DNA of 64,000 nucleotides from Octopus sinensis (GCF_006345805.1 NC_043000.1:147436001-147500000); one strand, 5' to 3'. Positions 25,157 to 39,572 are shown, numbered from the stretch's first letter. Notes: generated by a model not told the origin, from the sequence alone. Made by a program: numbers and translations.

Positions 25157-25548
25157 TACTCTTTACTCTTTTACTTGTTTCAGTCATTTGACTGCGGCCA
25201 TGCTGGAGCACCGCCTTTAGTCGAGCAAATCGACCCCGGGACTTATTCTTTGTAAGCTCAGTACTTATTCTATCGGTCACTTTTGCCGAACCGCTAAGTG
25301 ACGGGGACGTAAACACACCAGCATCGGTTGTCAAGCAATGCTAGGGAGACAAACACACACACACATACATATATACATATATACGACAGGCTTCTTTCAG
25401 TTTCCGTCTACCAAATCCACTCACAAGGCTTTGGTCGGCATGAGGCTATAGTAGAAGACACTTGCCCAAGGTGCCATGCAGTGGGACTGAACCCGGAACC
25501 ATGTGGTTGGTAAACAAGCTACTTACCACACAGCCACTCCTGCGCCTA
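25157..25548 (-). mobile_element. CORE-like SINE
   Basis: Reverse complement of consensus. Confidence 0.85.
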
Positions 25549-26577
25549 CTCTGGAATAAATTTTAATAATTTTGTAATTCTTGCCTAAGAACAACAGCAA
25601 CTGGAAGGCCCCTTGCACATGGAGTTGCGAATTGAGATAAAAAAATGTTTAAGCATGTGTGCTTATGTATGTTAGAATGTGTATATGCTTTTCTTTATTT
25701 TTATTTATTTTTGAATCAAGAGCGAAGGCAGTGTCTGTCCATGAACCTTCACGGGGCCTCCAAGCGAAGAAAGAAGAGATCCTTAAACTGGAAATGTGAT
25801 CCGAATGCTTACAACAGAATGGACTCCTCTAAAGTCATCTAAGGTGCCAGGTAGTGTTGCTAAGCCGGCCGCGTATGGATTTCATACGCATGTTTGCACT
25901 CAAGACTGGTCGACGGATCATGATGCACCTGATTTTTTGTTTGTTTATTTATGTGTGTATTTGTGCCGACACGTGTATATGTGTGCATATATATGAGTGC
26001 ATATATATGTGTATCATATACACTAAGTTTGTGAGAGAAAGTATTTGTAAAAAAACATCGTATTATATATTAAATATGATGTTACTGGCAGTAGAGAGGT
26101 TGTCTGTATGAATTCATGCCGTAATTTTACTTGCAACAAAACATATGTAGCAATCAAAATAGTTTAGATCAAAATTATTTGCAAATCTGCAACAAGTGTA
26201 CCAGAAGAATTTGGCAAAGCGGAATCCGTGTTAATATTAGCAAGTAAAATAATACATACCTACATGCATTACATATGTACGTACAAATATACATAGATTC
26301 GTACATACGGACGTACAGAAATACGTACGTACACGCATACATACGTACATACATATGCATGTACATGCATACACGTTTATGTACATACATACATACATAC
26401 ATAATACATACATACATACATACATACGTGTGAGTAGACACATAGATACATAAATACGCACGCAGATACATACACAGGTGTGTGAGTGTGTGTATCTGAG
26501 TGTGTTTGAGGCAATCTATATACATGCAAACATGCGTTTGGAATACATACATTTATTATGTGTCTACGTTATGCATG

Positions 26578-27325
<748 letters not shown>

Positions 27326-28505
27326 CGTCCGTGTGTGTTTATTTGTGAGAATAAATGCACAAGATACAAATCTCACACATATAATAACATTTCATATTAT
27401 GCGCTTACGTTCATGACAGTATGACGCCTTTTATATTTCACCTCAACGAAAGCTAGTGCGTTCTGCTTAATTAATTAACCACACTCTGGAAAAAATGTAG
27501 AGTATTCCCACCCACAATTTGTTGTTTTTAATTAACACAAGAGTAATGCTTTTTTCTCCAAAAGTCTCAACTGTTCTCATTCAGGCAAACTGTTTTGTTT
27601 CTGCTCTTTTGTACTTAAGAATTTCTTTAAAAACTGACTGAAAACATAACGCTTCGTGGGGCTTGAACACCAACGATGCACCAACTCAACTATGAACAAA
27701 TAATCTTATTCCTTACCTAATCATTCATCACACGTCTCGTACCCTCTCCCCTTCTCCCAACTCTCTATCCATTCTGCAGTTGTATTTTGCTTTTCAAACA
27801 TCTGTTTTATCTCCTTCATTCTGTACTAACTTTATTTATTTATTTTAATATTTTACCACAAGACACCCTGCTTTAATAAAACGCTATTACATCAAGGTAT
27901 GCACAGCAGTATGCAATAAAGACAGTCACATTTTCTTCCTCTGTCGCCTCTTCCTTTTTTTTCATTTCTTACACCGTGTTTTTCTTTCTCTTCTTCCTAA
28001 TTTCCCATTCATTTATTTTTTCTTCTTCTTTTCGTTTTCTTATCTTGTCTCCAGTTCTTGAATTTCACAGTAATACTAGTGTTAGGAAAAGCATGACTAC
28101 CATGACTTCTCGTGTTTTGAAACCGATCCCTATCAGGGAAGAAATACTCCAAGAGATCTTCTCTCCATTCTTATTCTGCTTAACGTTATCAATTTTGATT
28201 TAAATCGGAATCGAGCGATATTGGATAACATTTATTCATTTCCTGCGTATATGGTTGATCTCAAGATGTAATGCTACAGATGACAAATATCTGCAAACCC
28301 AGCTAAACACGGCGGACGGATCAGTGGGGAAATTTGTATGAAATATGATTTGGAAAAATATTCCAAGCCAGACTTGAAGAGAGGAAAAGTAATGAAAACC
28401 AGATATGGCAGTGTGGTTAAGAAGCTAGCATCGCAACCCCGTGGTTTCCAGTTCAGTCCCAATGCACAGCATTTTCGGGCCAATTTTTTTTTTTTTTTGC
28501 TATAA

Positions 28506-28910
28506 TAGGCGCAGGAGTGGCTGTGTGGTAAGTAGCTTGCTAACCAACCACATGGTTCCGGGTTCAGTCCCACTGCGTGGCATCTTGGGCAAGTGTCTTC
28601 TGCTATAGCCCCGGGCCGACCAAAGCCTTGTGAGTGGATTTGGTAGACGGAAACTGAAAGAAGCCCGTCGTATATATATATATATGCGTGTGTGTGTTTG
28701 TGTGTCTGTGTTTGTCCCCCTAGCATTGCTTGACAACCGATGCTGGTGTGTTTATGTCCCCGTTACTTAGCGGTTCAGCAAAAGAGACCGATAGAATAAG
28801 TACTGGGCTTGCAAAAGAATAAGTCCCGGGATCGAGTTGCTCGATTAAAGGCGGTGCTCCAGCATGGCCGCAGTCAAATGACTGAAACAAGTAAAAGAGA
28901 GTAAAGAGTA
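28506..28910 (+). mobile_element. CORE-like SINE
   Basis: Family consensus. Confidence 0.85.
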
Positions 28911-29266
28911 ATCCTGAGCCGACTAACGCCTTATGAATAAATTTGATAGACGGAAAATATGCGAAAACCAGTCGTATACATATATACATTTATATATGGT
29001 TGCTCAGTGATGGGTTTTTTTTTTCTCGCCACTGGACAACCAGAGTTTGTCTATTTACGTCCCCCATAACATCGGTTAAGCAAAAAGAGAGCGAATGAAT
29101 ATTAGGGTTGATAAATGCTTAAAATAAATACTGCGGTTGATTTGATCGACTACACTCTTCAAGATGATATCCCAGTATGGCTACAGTTCAATGACTGAAA
29201 CAAGTATAAAAAAGGAAATTATCATTTAACATAAATCTTCATAAATGCTTTAGAAGGAATGAACTT

Positions 29267-29677
29267 GGATCTTTTCCTTTTGATAGACAAAATTCAACAC
29301 AATTTCTAGTTAACTAAACAATTTGAAACTTCGTATACTGGTAGAATGTGTCAAAAGAAAACATTATTTTCACTTGGCTTTTTTGATAAATTTGTAATAA
29401 GAGATATGGCTGTTATTTCTAGCACATGCCAACACAACCCTCCTCGTTTGTTTATCAATGTCGATAACGCAGCAAATGATTTCAGTTCAAAAGAGAGCAT
29501 AGGATTGGTTAAAATTCGAAAAATTAAACTACGTTAAACAAACGAATTACAAATTTATCAAAAAAGCCAAGTGAAAATAATGTTTTCTTTTGACACATTC
29601 TACCAGTTTACGAAGTTTCAAATTGTTTAGTTAACTAGAAATTGTGTTGAATTCTGTCTATCAAAAGGAAAAGATCC
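29267..29677. mobile_element. GG-terminal palindromic MITE (Merlin-like)
   Basis: TIR ggatcttttcc / ggaaaagatcc; TSD atgaactt / atgaagtt. Confidence 0.8.
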
Positions 29678-29925
29678 ATGAAGTTGGTATTGCATAATTC
29701 TCACAAATATATGAACATGATAGAAAGTAATACATAGACAAGTAATTTATACTCAAATCAGGGCTAAATGCTTAAAATATGCAAAAGTGTCAATGTTGCA
29801 TTTGTGACTAATAGTTACAATTAGAATTTCGGGGATGTACTTGCCTGGCAAGAGATTTGATCTGAGACCGCGTATTAAGATTAAAACAGTTACAGCGTAG
29901 AAGGCGCATATTAGCCATTCAGAAA

Positions 29926-30299
29926 TCTTTATATATAAAAGAGAAGTTGTGTGTCTGTCTCCTACGATTTAGATTCCTAACTACTCCCACATTTTGCGGT
30001 GCAGTTTAACCAAAACCGGGTATCTTATAGTCGTGATTCATTTCGAGCCCTTCGCGTCTACGATGAGTCTACGATTTTTAAAAAAAATTTACCATCATTT
30101 TTTTCCATTTTAATGCATTTTTTTCGCTATTATATAAGGGAAGTAACTCTCTAAAAATGTCTACGATGAGTCAACGATTTAAAAAAAATTTACCATCATT
30201 TTTTTTCATTTTTAATGCATTTTTTGGCTATAACTCTCTAAAAATGCTTATATAGTTATTTCCCTTACAAACCCGAGCAACGCCGGGCGATACTGCTAG
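29926..30299 (+). mobile_element. Non-autonomous Helitron, copy E
   Basis: TC...CTAG termini at A|T, 3' hairpin. Confidence 0.8.
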
Positions 30300-30869
30300 T
30301 ACAAAAATTTTTTTTTTAAATTGTTAACTTCACTTGAATTTGTATTAATTTTGTGTCAAAAAATCTATGTCAGTGACCAGGTCGTAGTTGGTGTGGCGAA
30401 AATTTTGACATCACATTAATAAATGTTTGAGTGAAATTAACACTTTTTGTGCGTTTTTGAACGGATAATACGCGCTTTCCGCGCTGTAATTGTTACAATA
30501 ATAATAGTGTGTCTAAGGCGGCGAGCTGGCAGAAACGTTAGCACGCCGGGCGAAAAGCTTAGTGGTATTTCGTCTGCCGTTACGTTCTGAGTTCAAATTC
30601 CGCTGATGTCGACTTTGCCTTTCATCCTTTCGGGGTTGATAAATTAGGATCTTTTCAGTTTGACCGGCAGATTTTTAAAATAATTTCTCTGTAATATAGA
30701 AAACTCTAATTAATACTAGTAGACCTAAAGAGACAATTTTCTACAACTATCCACAAAATATCTACTATATGACTCAAACGATGAAGGGGAAAATAAATGC
30801 CTTTTAAGTACTGGAAGGGGGGAAACTTAACTGACTACACTCCTCCCAAAATTCGTTACGTAATACCTA

Positions 30870-31094
30870 TTTCTTTATTACCCACAAGGGGTTAAACATA
30901 GAAGGGACAAAGACAGACATAGGTATTAAGTCGATTACATCGACCCCAGTGCGTAACTGGTACTTATTTAATCGACCCCGAAAGGATGAAAGGCAAAGTC
31001 GACCTCGGCGGAATTTGAACTCACAACGTAACGACAGACGAATTACGGCTACGCATTTCGCCCGGCGTGCTAACGTTTCTGCCAGCTCGCCGCC
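30870..31094 (-). mobile_element. Full-length Nin-domain SINE with 18-bp TSD
   Basis: TSD ttcgttacgtaataccta at 30852-30869 and 31095-31112. Confidence 0.9.
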
Positions 31095-31314
31095 TTCGTT
31101 ACGTAATACCTACGCTAGAAATCATTAGTAAAATATAAATAAAATATTGAGAGCATTGCAAATTATCAGAACTAATATTATGGCGACTAAATACCCTACA
31201 ATAGTTAATTAAATTCGTCTACGTTTGATTTCAAATCCCGATGGAATTGTCATTAAATTTTGCATTTTCTGGTGGTGGGGGTGATCTATAAAATAATTAC
31301 AACAAACATATTTG

Positions 31315-31712
31315 TTTCTTTACTACCCACAAGGGGCTAAACATAGAGGGGACAAACAAGGATAGACAAACGGATTAAGTCGATTACATCGACCCCAGTG
31401 CGTAACTGGTACTTAATTTATCGACCCCGAAAGGATGAAAGGCAAAGTCGACCTCGGCAGAATTTGAACACACAACGTAACGCAGACGAAATACCTATTT
31501 CTTTATTACCCACAAGGGGCTAAACACAGAGGGGACAAACAAGGACAGACATAGGTATTAAGTCGATTACATCGACCCCAGTGCGTAACTGGTACTTATT
31601 TAATCGACCCCGAAAGGATGAAAGGCAAAGTCGACCTCGGCGGAATTGGAACTCAGAACGTAGCGGCAGACGAAATACCACTAAGCTTTTCGCCCGGCGT
31701 GCTAACGTTTCT
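31315..31712 (-). mobile_element. Nin-domain SINE body dimer
   Basis: Junction atacc at 31491-31495. Confidence 0.85.
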
Positions 31713-31964
31713 GAAATGACTGAAACAAGGAAAGGAGTAAAGAATATATATTTTTTTACCGTGAAATATTATCATCAATAAGGGGAATGGATAAAAACCC
31801 AGTATATATGTGGCTCACAACAAAGTTAATGATATCACTGGAAAGATATAGCTGTCATAATATCACTGATACTTATAAATGTGATATTATGGACATGCGC
31901 TTGTAACAGAATAAAAAATTAGAACAAAGCCAAAAAGACAATAAAAGATCTAAGTCTGCTTTCC

Positions 31965-32353
31965 TTAGTGGAAGCTCTCCGTCGGTTACGACGGTGAGGG
32001 TTCCGGTTGATCCGATCAACGGAACAGCCTGCTCGTGAAATTAACGTGTAAGTGGCTAAGCACTCCACAGACACGTGCACCCGTAAGGTAGTTCTCGGGG
32101 ATATTCAGCGTGACACAGAGAGTGACAAGGCCGGCCCCTTGAAATACAGGTACAACAGAAATAGGAAGTAAGAGTGAGAGAAAGTTGTGGTGAAAGAGTA
32201 CAGCAGGGATCACCACCATCCCCTGCCGGAGCCTCGTGGAGCTTTTAGGTGTTTTCGCTCAATAAACACTCACAACGCCCTGTCTGGGAATCGAAACCGC
32301 GATCCTATGACCGCGAGGCCGCTGCCCTAACCACTGGGCCATTGCGCCTCCAC
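31965..32353 (-). mobile_element. tRNA-derived long SINE with 13-bp TSD
   Basis: TSD aagtctgctttcc at 31952-31964 and 32354-32366. Confidence 0.9.
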
Positions 32354-32652
32354 AAGTCTGCTTTCCATATCTTTAAACAATGACTATCAAAAACAAGATC
32401 TACGAGATATTTCACAGGAAATACTGATTAAAACGAAATGGCATACTGATTAGACGAGGTAAATTAATAGATAAAACAACATTAACAAAACAGAATGCTT
32501 AAAAATCAATGAAACGATGAAAGCACATTCTCTCTCAACAACTAAACAAAGATATTGGGATGCAGTTTGTTATAAAGAGAAGAAAGCAGTAAAGTGTGAA
32601 GGAATCACCGTTCCAGATAGGAAAGCAATACTACCAGCAAAAGAATATATCG

Positions 32653-33048
32653 TTACTCTTTTACTTGTTTCAGTCATTTGACTGCGGCCATGCTGGAACA
32701 CCGCCTTTAATCGAGCAACTCGACCCCGGGACTTATTCTTTTATAAGCCCAGTACTTATTCTATTGCCGAACCGCTAAGTAACGGGGACGTAAACACACC
32801 AGCATCGGTTGTCAAGCAATTCTAGGGGGACAAACAGAGACACATAAAACACACACACGGATATATATATATATACATATATACAACCGGCTTCTTTCAG
32901 TTTCCGTCTACCAAATCCACTCACAAGGCTTTGGTCGGCTCGAGGCTATAGTAGAAGACACTTGCCCAAGGTGCCACGCAGTGGGACTGAACCCGGAACC
33001 ATGTGGTTGGTAAACAAGCTACTTACCACACAGCCACTCCTGTGCCTA
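32653..33048 (-). mobile_element. CORE-like SINE
   Basis: Reverse complement of consensus. Confidence 0.85.
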
Positions 33049-33596
33049 TCTGTATACATAAATGTGTAAATGGTATCTGTGTATGTGAGTTTGAGGTTAC
33101 TCCTCTAAGTCTTCTCATACCGTCCGACCGATTTTAATGATTTTTTGGCACATAGGTAGATCACATGCCCTGAAGTTAAAAAAAAAAAAAATAGCCAAAG
33201 TTTAAGCACAAGGCCAGCACTTTTGAGGAGAGGAGTAGTCGACTCCGAAAAAAATGAGAGGTAAAGTTGACCGTTGTGAGATTTGAACTATGCATTTTAC
33301 CTGAATCGCTAACGATTCTGAATAATAATCCTTTCTACTAAAGCTACACAGCCTGAAATTTTGGGGGAGAGGGGGACAAGTCGATTACATCGACTCCAGT
33401 GTTTCACAGGTACTTAAGTTATCGACTCCGAAAGGATGAAAAGCAAAGTCGACCTCGGCGGAATTTGAACTCAGAATGTAGCGACATACCTCTAATCGGT
33501 GCACTAACGATTCTGCCAGCTCGCCACCTTAGGAAAGGACTTTAATATTAACACCAAATGTAGGTATAACGTCACATGTAGGTATAAAGATCAGTC

Positions 33597-34019
33597 AAGG
33601 CGGTGAGCTGGCAGAAGCGTTAGCACGTCGGGCGAAATGCTAAGCGGTATTTCGTTTGTCGCTACGTTCTGAGTTCAAATTCCGCCGAGGTCGACTTTGC
33701 CTTTCATCCTTTCGGGCTCGATTAAATAAGTACCAGTTACGCACTGGGGTCGTTATAATCGACTTAATCCGTTTGTCTGTCCTTGTTTGTCCCCTCTGTG
33801 TTTAGCCCCTTGTGGGTAGTAAAGAAATAGGTATTTCGTTTGTCGCTACGTTCTGAGTTCAAATTCCGCCGAGGTCGACTTTTGCCTTTCATCCTTTCGG
33901 GCTCGATTAAATAAGTACCAGTTACGCACTGGGATCGTTATAATCGACTTAATCCGTTTGTCTGTCCTTGTTTGTCCCCTCTGTGTTTAGCCCCTTGTGG
34001 GTAGTAAAGAAATAGGTAT
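33597..34019 (+). mobile_element. Nin-domain SINE body dimer with head
   Basis: ggtat at 33646, 33830 and 34015. Confidence 0.9.
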
Positions 34020-34738
34020 AAAAGATCAGTCGTTGAAATCCCTCCCTCATACTTGATAGGAATTATTTTACCCAGTAGATTGACATGTAAAGTCGACTTC
34101 GAGACAGGATTTGGACTCAAAAACTTTGAAGGGCGTAACTAAACACTACTCAGCATTTTGTCTTATGTCTACTGATGTCTGCCATCTACCACTCTAACTA
34201 GAACATCAACAAAACAAAATACTTTTCTTTCAAAACATACTTGAATGGAAAGTGCAAAAGTACGTGATATTACATAGCACAGTCTGTGGTCTTACCATAT
34301 GACATAACTCAATAGATAAGACATGAGGAATTCCCATCGTAGGAGTAAATAAACCGAACGTGGTAAACAACAACTGCGAAAAAATGTGAGACGGTGAGTG
34401 TCATTGAAGAAATTTTTCAGCAAGAAAAATGGATGAAATGTTTCAAGCTATCATGTTTCTTTGAGGAGACAAACAAAATGGATATTTCTAAACTCCCCTG
34501 AGAATATACGGCAACATGAAGAGCAGTAAAAGTGCTTGGCGTTAGTTATAAGTACAATGAACCAAAGAGCTGTTGTAGGTATACGTGTATTTATATATTA
34601 TGTAAGCACATACACATGTGTACGCGCTCTCACACAAATGTAAAGTTCATAAAATAGTTAATTTTGTGTGTGTGCGCGAGCGCTTGTGTGCTAATTTTAG
34701 GTCGTTATTTTTTAAGCATTTTAAGGATAACAATTCAT

Positions 34739-35230
34739 GGATCTTTTCGGTTTGAACGGTAGTTTTTTTCTAGCGGTGTCATATGAAATCGTCACCCATA
34801 ATTATGACCCTAGTATCGATCTATTGCATTTCAATCTATTTTAGGGTTAGGGTCAAAGTTAGGGTTAGGGGTGGGAGAAGGGTATCTTTTTTTCTTCAGA
34901 AATGTAAATAAACCCAATCTGTTTCTTAAACGAGGGACATATTCATACGGCACAGAATGTTTTCACCTCAATAGACGTCATTGATTGGTTGAAATTGCAG
35001 AAATTGAAGAAAAAAAAACAAATATCTTACAAACTATAGAATTTTCTCAAAAGAATTATAGAATTTTCTCAAAAAAACAACAACAAATATCTTACAAACT
35101 ATAGAATTTTCTCAATAAAGCCAAGAGAAAAAGATGTTTTATAAATACATTCTACCAGTATACGAAGTTTAAAAGTGTTTGGTCACGTGGAAATTATCTT
35201 AAAAAACTGCCGTTCAAACCGAAAAGATCC
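34739..35230. mobile_element. GG-terminal MITE (Merlin-like) containing TTAGGG repeats
   Basis: TIR ggatcttttcggtttgaacgg; 8-bp TSD caattcat. Confidence 0.85.
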
Positions 35231-35900
35231 CAATTCATTTACTGATGGCAAGACAATACTAACAGTAGAGTCAAATTTATAAAAATTCATTTTAAATTAG
35301 TTTCACTTGTGGCTTATTCACCCGTCACACGCAAACATATGTATATATGTGTGTGCCTTTCACTTGTTTCGGTCATTTGACTGTGGTCATGCTAGCGCAT
35401 TGTCTCGAAGATTTTTAGTTGGACAAATCGACCCGCAGGACTTATTTTTAACTCTTTTGATACCAACCTGGCCAAAACCGACCCTGGCTCTGGAGTACAA
35501 ATGTCTTGTTTTCATAAGTTTTGAATTAAAATCTTCCACCAAAACTTAGTCACAATTTATGTTCCTAACACTAGCTGAATGATAACTAAGTTATATTACT
35601 AAATTCTTTGTTATATTTAAAATTAATTGAATGAAAAACAGAGCATCTCAAAATAAATACGGTAACGAAAGGGTTAAAGCCTAGGCCTTATTCTATCGGT
35701 CTCTTATGCTGAACCGCTAGATTACGAGGGCGTAAACAAACCTGAATCAGTTGTCAAGCGATGATGATGAATAACCATGTATCACGAGGTTTATTGGCTG
35801 TGTCACCGATGTCATTGTTCCGTGGTCGAGTTATTGAACGAAAATAAGTTACTTGACTGCATGAAAAAATAACTGAACAATACCCGCGAACATTTAACTG

Positions 35901-36625
35901 GGATCTTTTCCTTTTGAACGGCAGTTTTCAACACAATTTCTAGTTAACTAAACACTTTTAAACTTCGTATACTGGTAGAATGTGTCAAAATAAAACATTT
36001 TTTTCTCTTGGCTTTCTTGAGAAAATTGTAATTTGTAAGTTTAACGTAGTTTAATATTTCGAATTTTAACCAATCGATGGCCTCTATTTAGCTAAAATCA
36101 TTTGCTGCATCTAAAACTGGGACAACATCCTGTCACTGACCCTAACTCTAACCCTAAATTTTAGCCTTTCGTTTTGTTTTTTTTCTTAATTGTTAAATTA
36201 ATTTAATTGTTACGCGTGTGTCTAAAATTATTCGTTTTGAGATACACGTGTATTGTTTAAACTATTTTCCATTGCTTAAGAAAATAAAACGAAAGGCTAA
36301 AACGAAAGCAATGGAAAATAATTTAAACAATTAACAAACAAAATAATTCTATAATTTTATGCATACGCTTTCCGAATGTAAACATAACAGTGACAGGATG
36401 TTGTCTCAGTTTTAGACGCAGCAAATGATTTTAGCTAAATAGAGGCCATCGATTGGTTAAAATTCGAAAAACTAAACTACATAAAACTTCCAAATTACAA
36501 TTTTCTCAAGAAAGCCAAGAGAAAAAAATGTTTTATTTTGACACATTCTACCAGTATACGAAGTTTAAAAGTGTTTAGTTAACTAGAAATTGTGTTGAAA
36601 ACTGCCGTTCAAAAGGAAAAGATCC
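35901..36625. mobile_element. GG-terminal palindromic MITE (Merlin-like)
   Basis: Long inverted arms; perfect 8-bp TSD tttaactg. Confidence 0.85.
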
Positions 36626-37127
36626 TTTAACTGAAATATTTATTGTCGCACATGAAGACAATCTGCGTTGGTCATTTACAGTTAACAAAAGCAATAATTA
36701 CAGTCTGGGAGAGAAATACTGCTGAGATTACAGAACGCTGTTGGTACGGCAGCATGCGGTTTGTCATACCATTCTGAAATCAATTGCGCTATCTTCGTGG
36801 CGACGGAAGTCCTTGGTTATCTGCCCTAGGCCATCTGCGTGGACCATCAGCCTAATATCTGGAATTGTCTGATGGTAAGAAAGAAAGCACATATCATTCA
36901 GCGGCCTTTCAACACACTGCCTCGCAAGAGGTGAGGCGTGTGGATGAGTCGGTCGCTCTCAATGCTCTAATAAGAGTTTAGGCACCAAAACGGTTTGTTT
37001 TCACAGAGTACAAGAAGATGCCAGACGCTGATCGGTGGCTTGATAGACCGATCACGTGAAACTATTGTGGTTTCGTTGACCGTGGTGTCTGACTACATAA
37101 CTAGCGATTCGGTTTCGAATCACCGTT

Positions 37128-37165
37128 TCTTTCTGTGGAAGAGCGTAGGCTCGAAACGTAAAAGA
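37128..37165 (+). ncRNA. Minimal type I hammerhead-like motif with variant core
   Basis: tcttt-ctgtggaa-gagc(gtag)gctc-gaaa-cg-ta-aaaga: 5-bp stem I, 4-bp stem II, palindromic ACGT stem III. Confidence 0.45.
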
Positions 37166-37282
37166 CTTTTTCAATTCCTGAGCGTTATACTAATACATCT
37201 GTTTGTTTTCTACACCACCTCTCTTCGTCTTTTGTTTTTTTTCGTGAATTCTCTACATAAATACATACATACATACATATAC

Positions 37283-37465
<183 letters not shown>

Positions 37466-38289
37466 TAGTGCATCTTGCAGACATGAAGTGGCTCACGGTG
37501 GAACAATGGTTTTTCAGTGACAGCAGTTTTACATTTGCCAGATCGCTTTAGCTAGGCCGAAATAATGTCTTCACCACTTGACCAAAAGCTACAATAGAAA
37601 TATCACAGTACCACCAACGAAGCCCATTGCTCTCAATATGTCTATCCTTCTGGATAGTTATAAAAGCAAGAGCCCCAAGCAAAAAGACAGTTAGTCGCTT
37701 GGTGACGACTCAACCAGTTAGTGACAACTGAGTTAGTCAATTTGATGACAACTCCTGAGTTGAGAGAGAACTAACATCAGTTAGCGAACCGACCACTAGA
37801 ATCATGGAAGCAGGCAGACAAACGGTCGGGGGGGGGGGGAGAAAAACGCCCCACACTCTCTCTAACTCTAATTCTGTTATCTTACAACATCACTCTATCT
37901 CTCTCTGTAATTACCACTAAACAATGACGAAAACACAAACACAAACTATATAAGGAAAATCTATATCCATCTTTACTTCATATGCTTTTGGATTTTATCA
38001 CCTGTCCGTCGAGGTAAGGTATTGTATAATGTAACGGGTAAAAATAAATATTTCCTTAAAACTTCATGCATTGTTCATCTTTCACATACGTTCCGGGCGC
38101 ATAAAAATTAAATTTTATTTCAAGCAATTTCACAGTGTTTCAGTTTCATATGTATATGGTCTGCTACAACAAATTTAGAATTCATAAAAAAATGTGTCCA
38201 TTTGTTACGAATTGCGATTTTCACCTTATATAGTATTTTTTTTCGAAACTTTTGGGCAACACCCAAAAAGAACCCTGGATCCCGCCCTG

Positions 38290-38379
38290 GTATATATGTA
38301 TGTATGTGTGTATGTATGTATGTATGATGTGTGTGTGTATGTGTATGTGTGTATGTATGTATGTGTGTGTGTGTATGTA

Positions 38380-38410
<31 letters not shown>

Positions 38411-38490
38411 GTGTGTGTATGTGTGTGTACGTGCGTGTGTGTGTATGTATGTGTGTATGTATGTGTGTGTGTATGTGTGTGTGTGTGCTA
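38290..38490. repeat. (TG/TATG)n microsatellite
   Basis: Direct reading. Confidence 0.9.
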
Positions 38491-38975
38491 TGGAGTGTGG
38501 GGGTAGGGATAGAAAAATAAAGCAAGACAAAAAAAGAAAAAGTCTGGTAGAAAATTAAGAATAAACTTTAAAAAAAAACAGTTAAAGACATTATATCCTG
38601 TTTTATGAAGCACGACAATAAATGTTATTAACAGCTAATTGCATGGATTGGATGTGTTAATCTAATTTGTATTCTGTGGAGGGAACATGTATTTGTACAT
38701 TTTTTTCTTTTTCCTTTGGTTTTGCTTTTTATTTTTTTCAAATTTCCGACATCCCATTAGACTTGTTTCCATGCACCCAACTGACAGGGCGATTAAAATT
38801 AAAACACGTTTTTGTTCACACTGTTGTAATAATACTGTTCCTTCTTTGTACAGCGTGTTCCTCTCCTTTCGTTTCTTTTCATTTTCTGCAGTTTTTTGTC
38901 ACAGGTTTAAATTTCTTGTTACAGTTTTTTTGTTGTTTAACAATATTTTTTAGCGACTCAGCAAAATCTACCTAA

Positions 38976-39037
<62 letters not shown>
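38976..39037. repeat. (TAA)n microsatellite
   Basis: Direct reading. Confidence 0.95.
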
Positions 39038-39039
<2 letters not shown>

Positions 39040-39466
39040 CAATACGTAATGTCTCTTCATACTTCGTTTGCTTTTTTTAAGCGTTGACGTTTGCAGCCGG
39101 ATTCCATTATTGAAGAAAGCTTACAAAAAAAAAACCCCCCAAAAAACCGTTTATCTCATGTAAGCTAAATATTCAAAATTGGATGATTTTTCTGGCGTAT
39201 TCTGAGAAACGAGACAAAGAAAAGATTGTGTGTGTGTGTATGTGTGTTGTATATGCGTTTCTAGTATTGTGAAGTAGCTTTTCTTTAAAGCATGTTGAAC
39301 ACGTGGCTAAATCATTTTAGTTGTCATTGTACAACGATTGTCCAAAAATTTTGAATGCTTTGTGTGTTCCATATCCATAAACAAACTTTAGTTTCATTGA
39401 GCATGTGAAACTGTTAATCCAAACACGTCTTCTCTCTGTCTGTCTCCCTCTCTGTCTGTCTGTCTG

Positions 39467-39501
<35 letters not shown>

Positions 39502-39572
39502 CGTTTCTTTCCTCATTCATTTCTGTTAAAAGATTCTTCCATCTTTCCTGAGAGTCAAACTAATACACCTTG

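Noticed and set aside
28060-28200. Minus-strand hydrophobic tail ...REVMVVMLFLTLVLL*
   Set aside because: No convincing acceptor, and an in-frame stop lies just upstream
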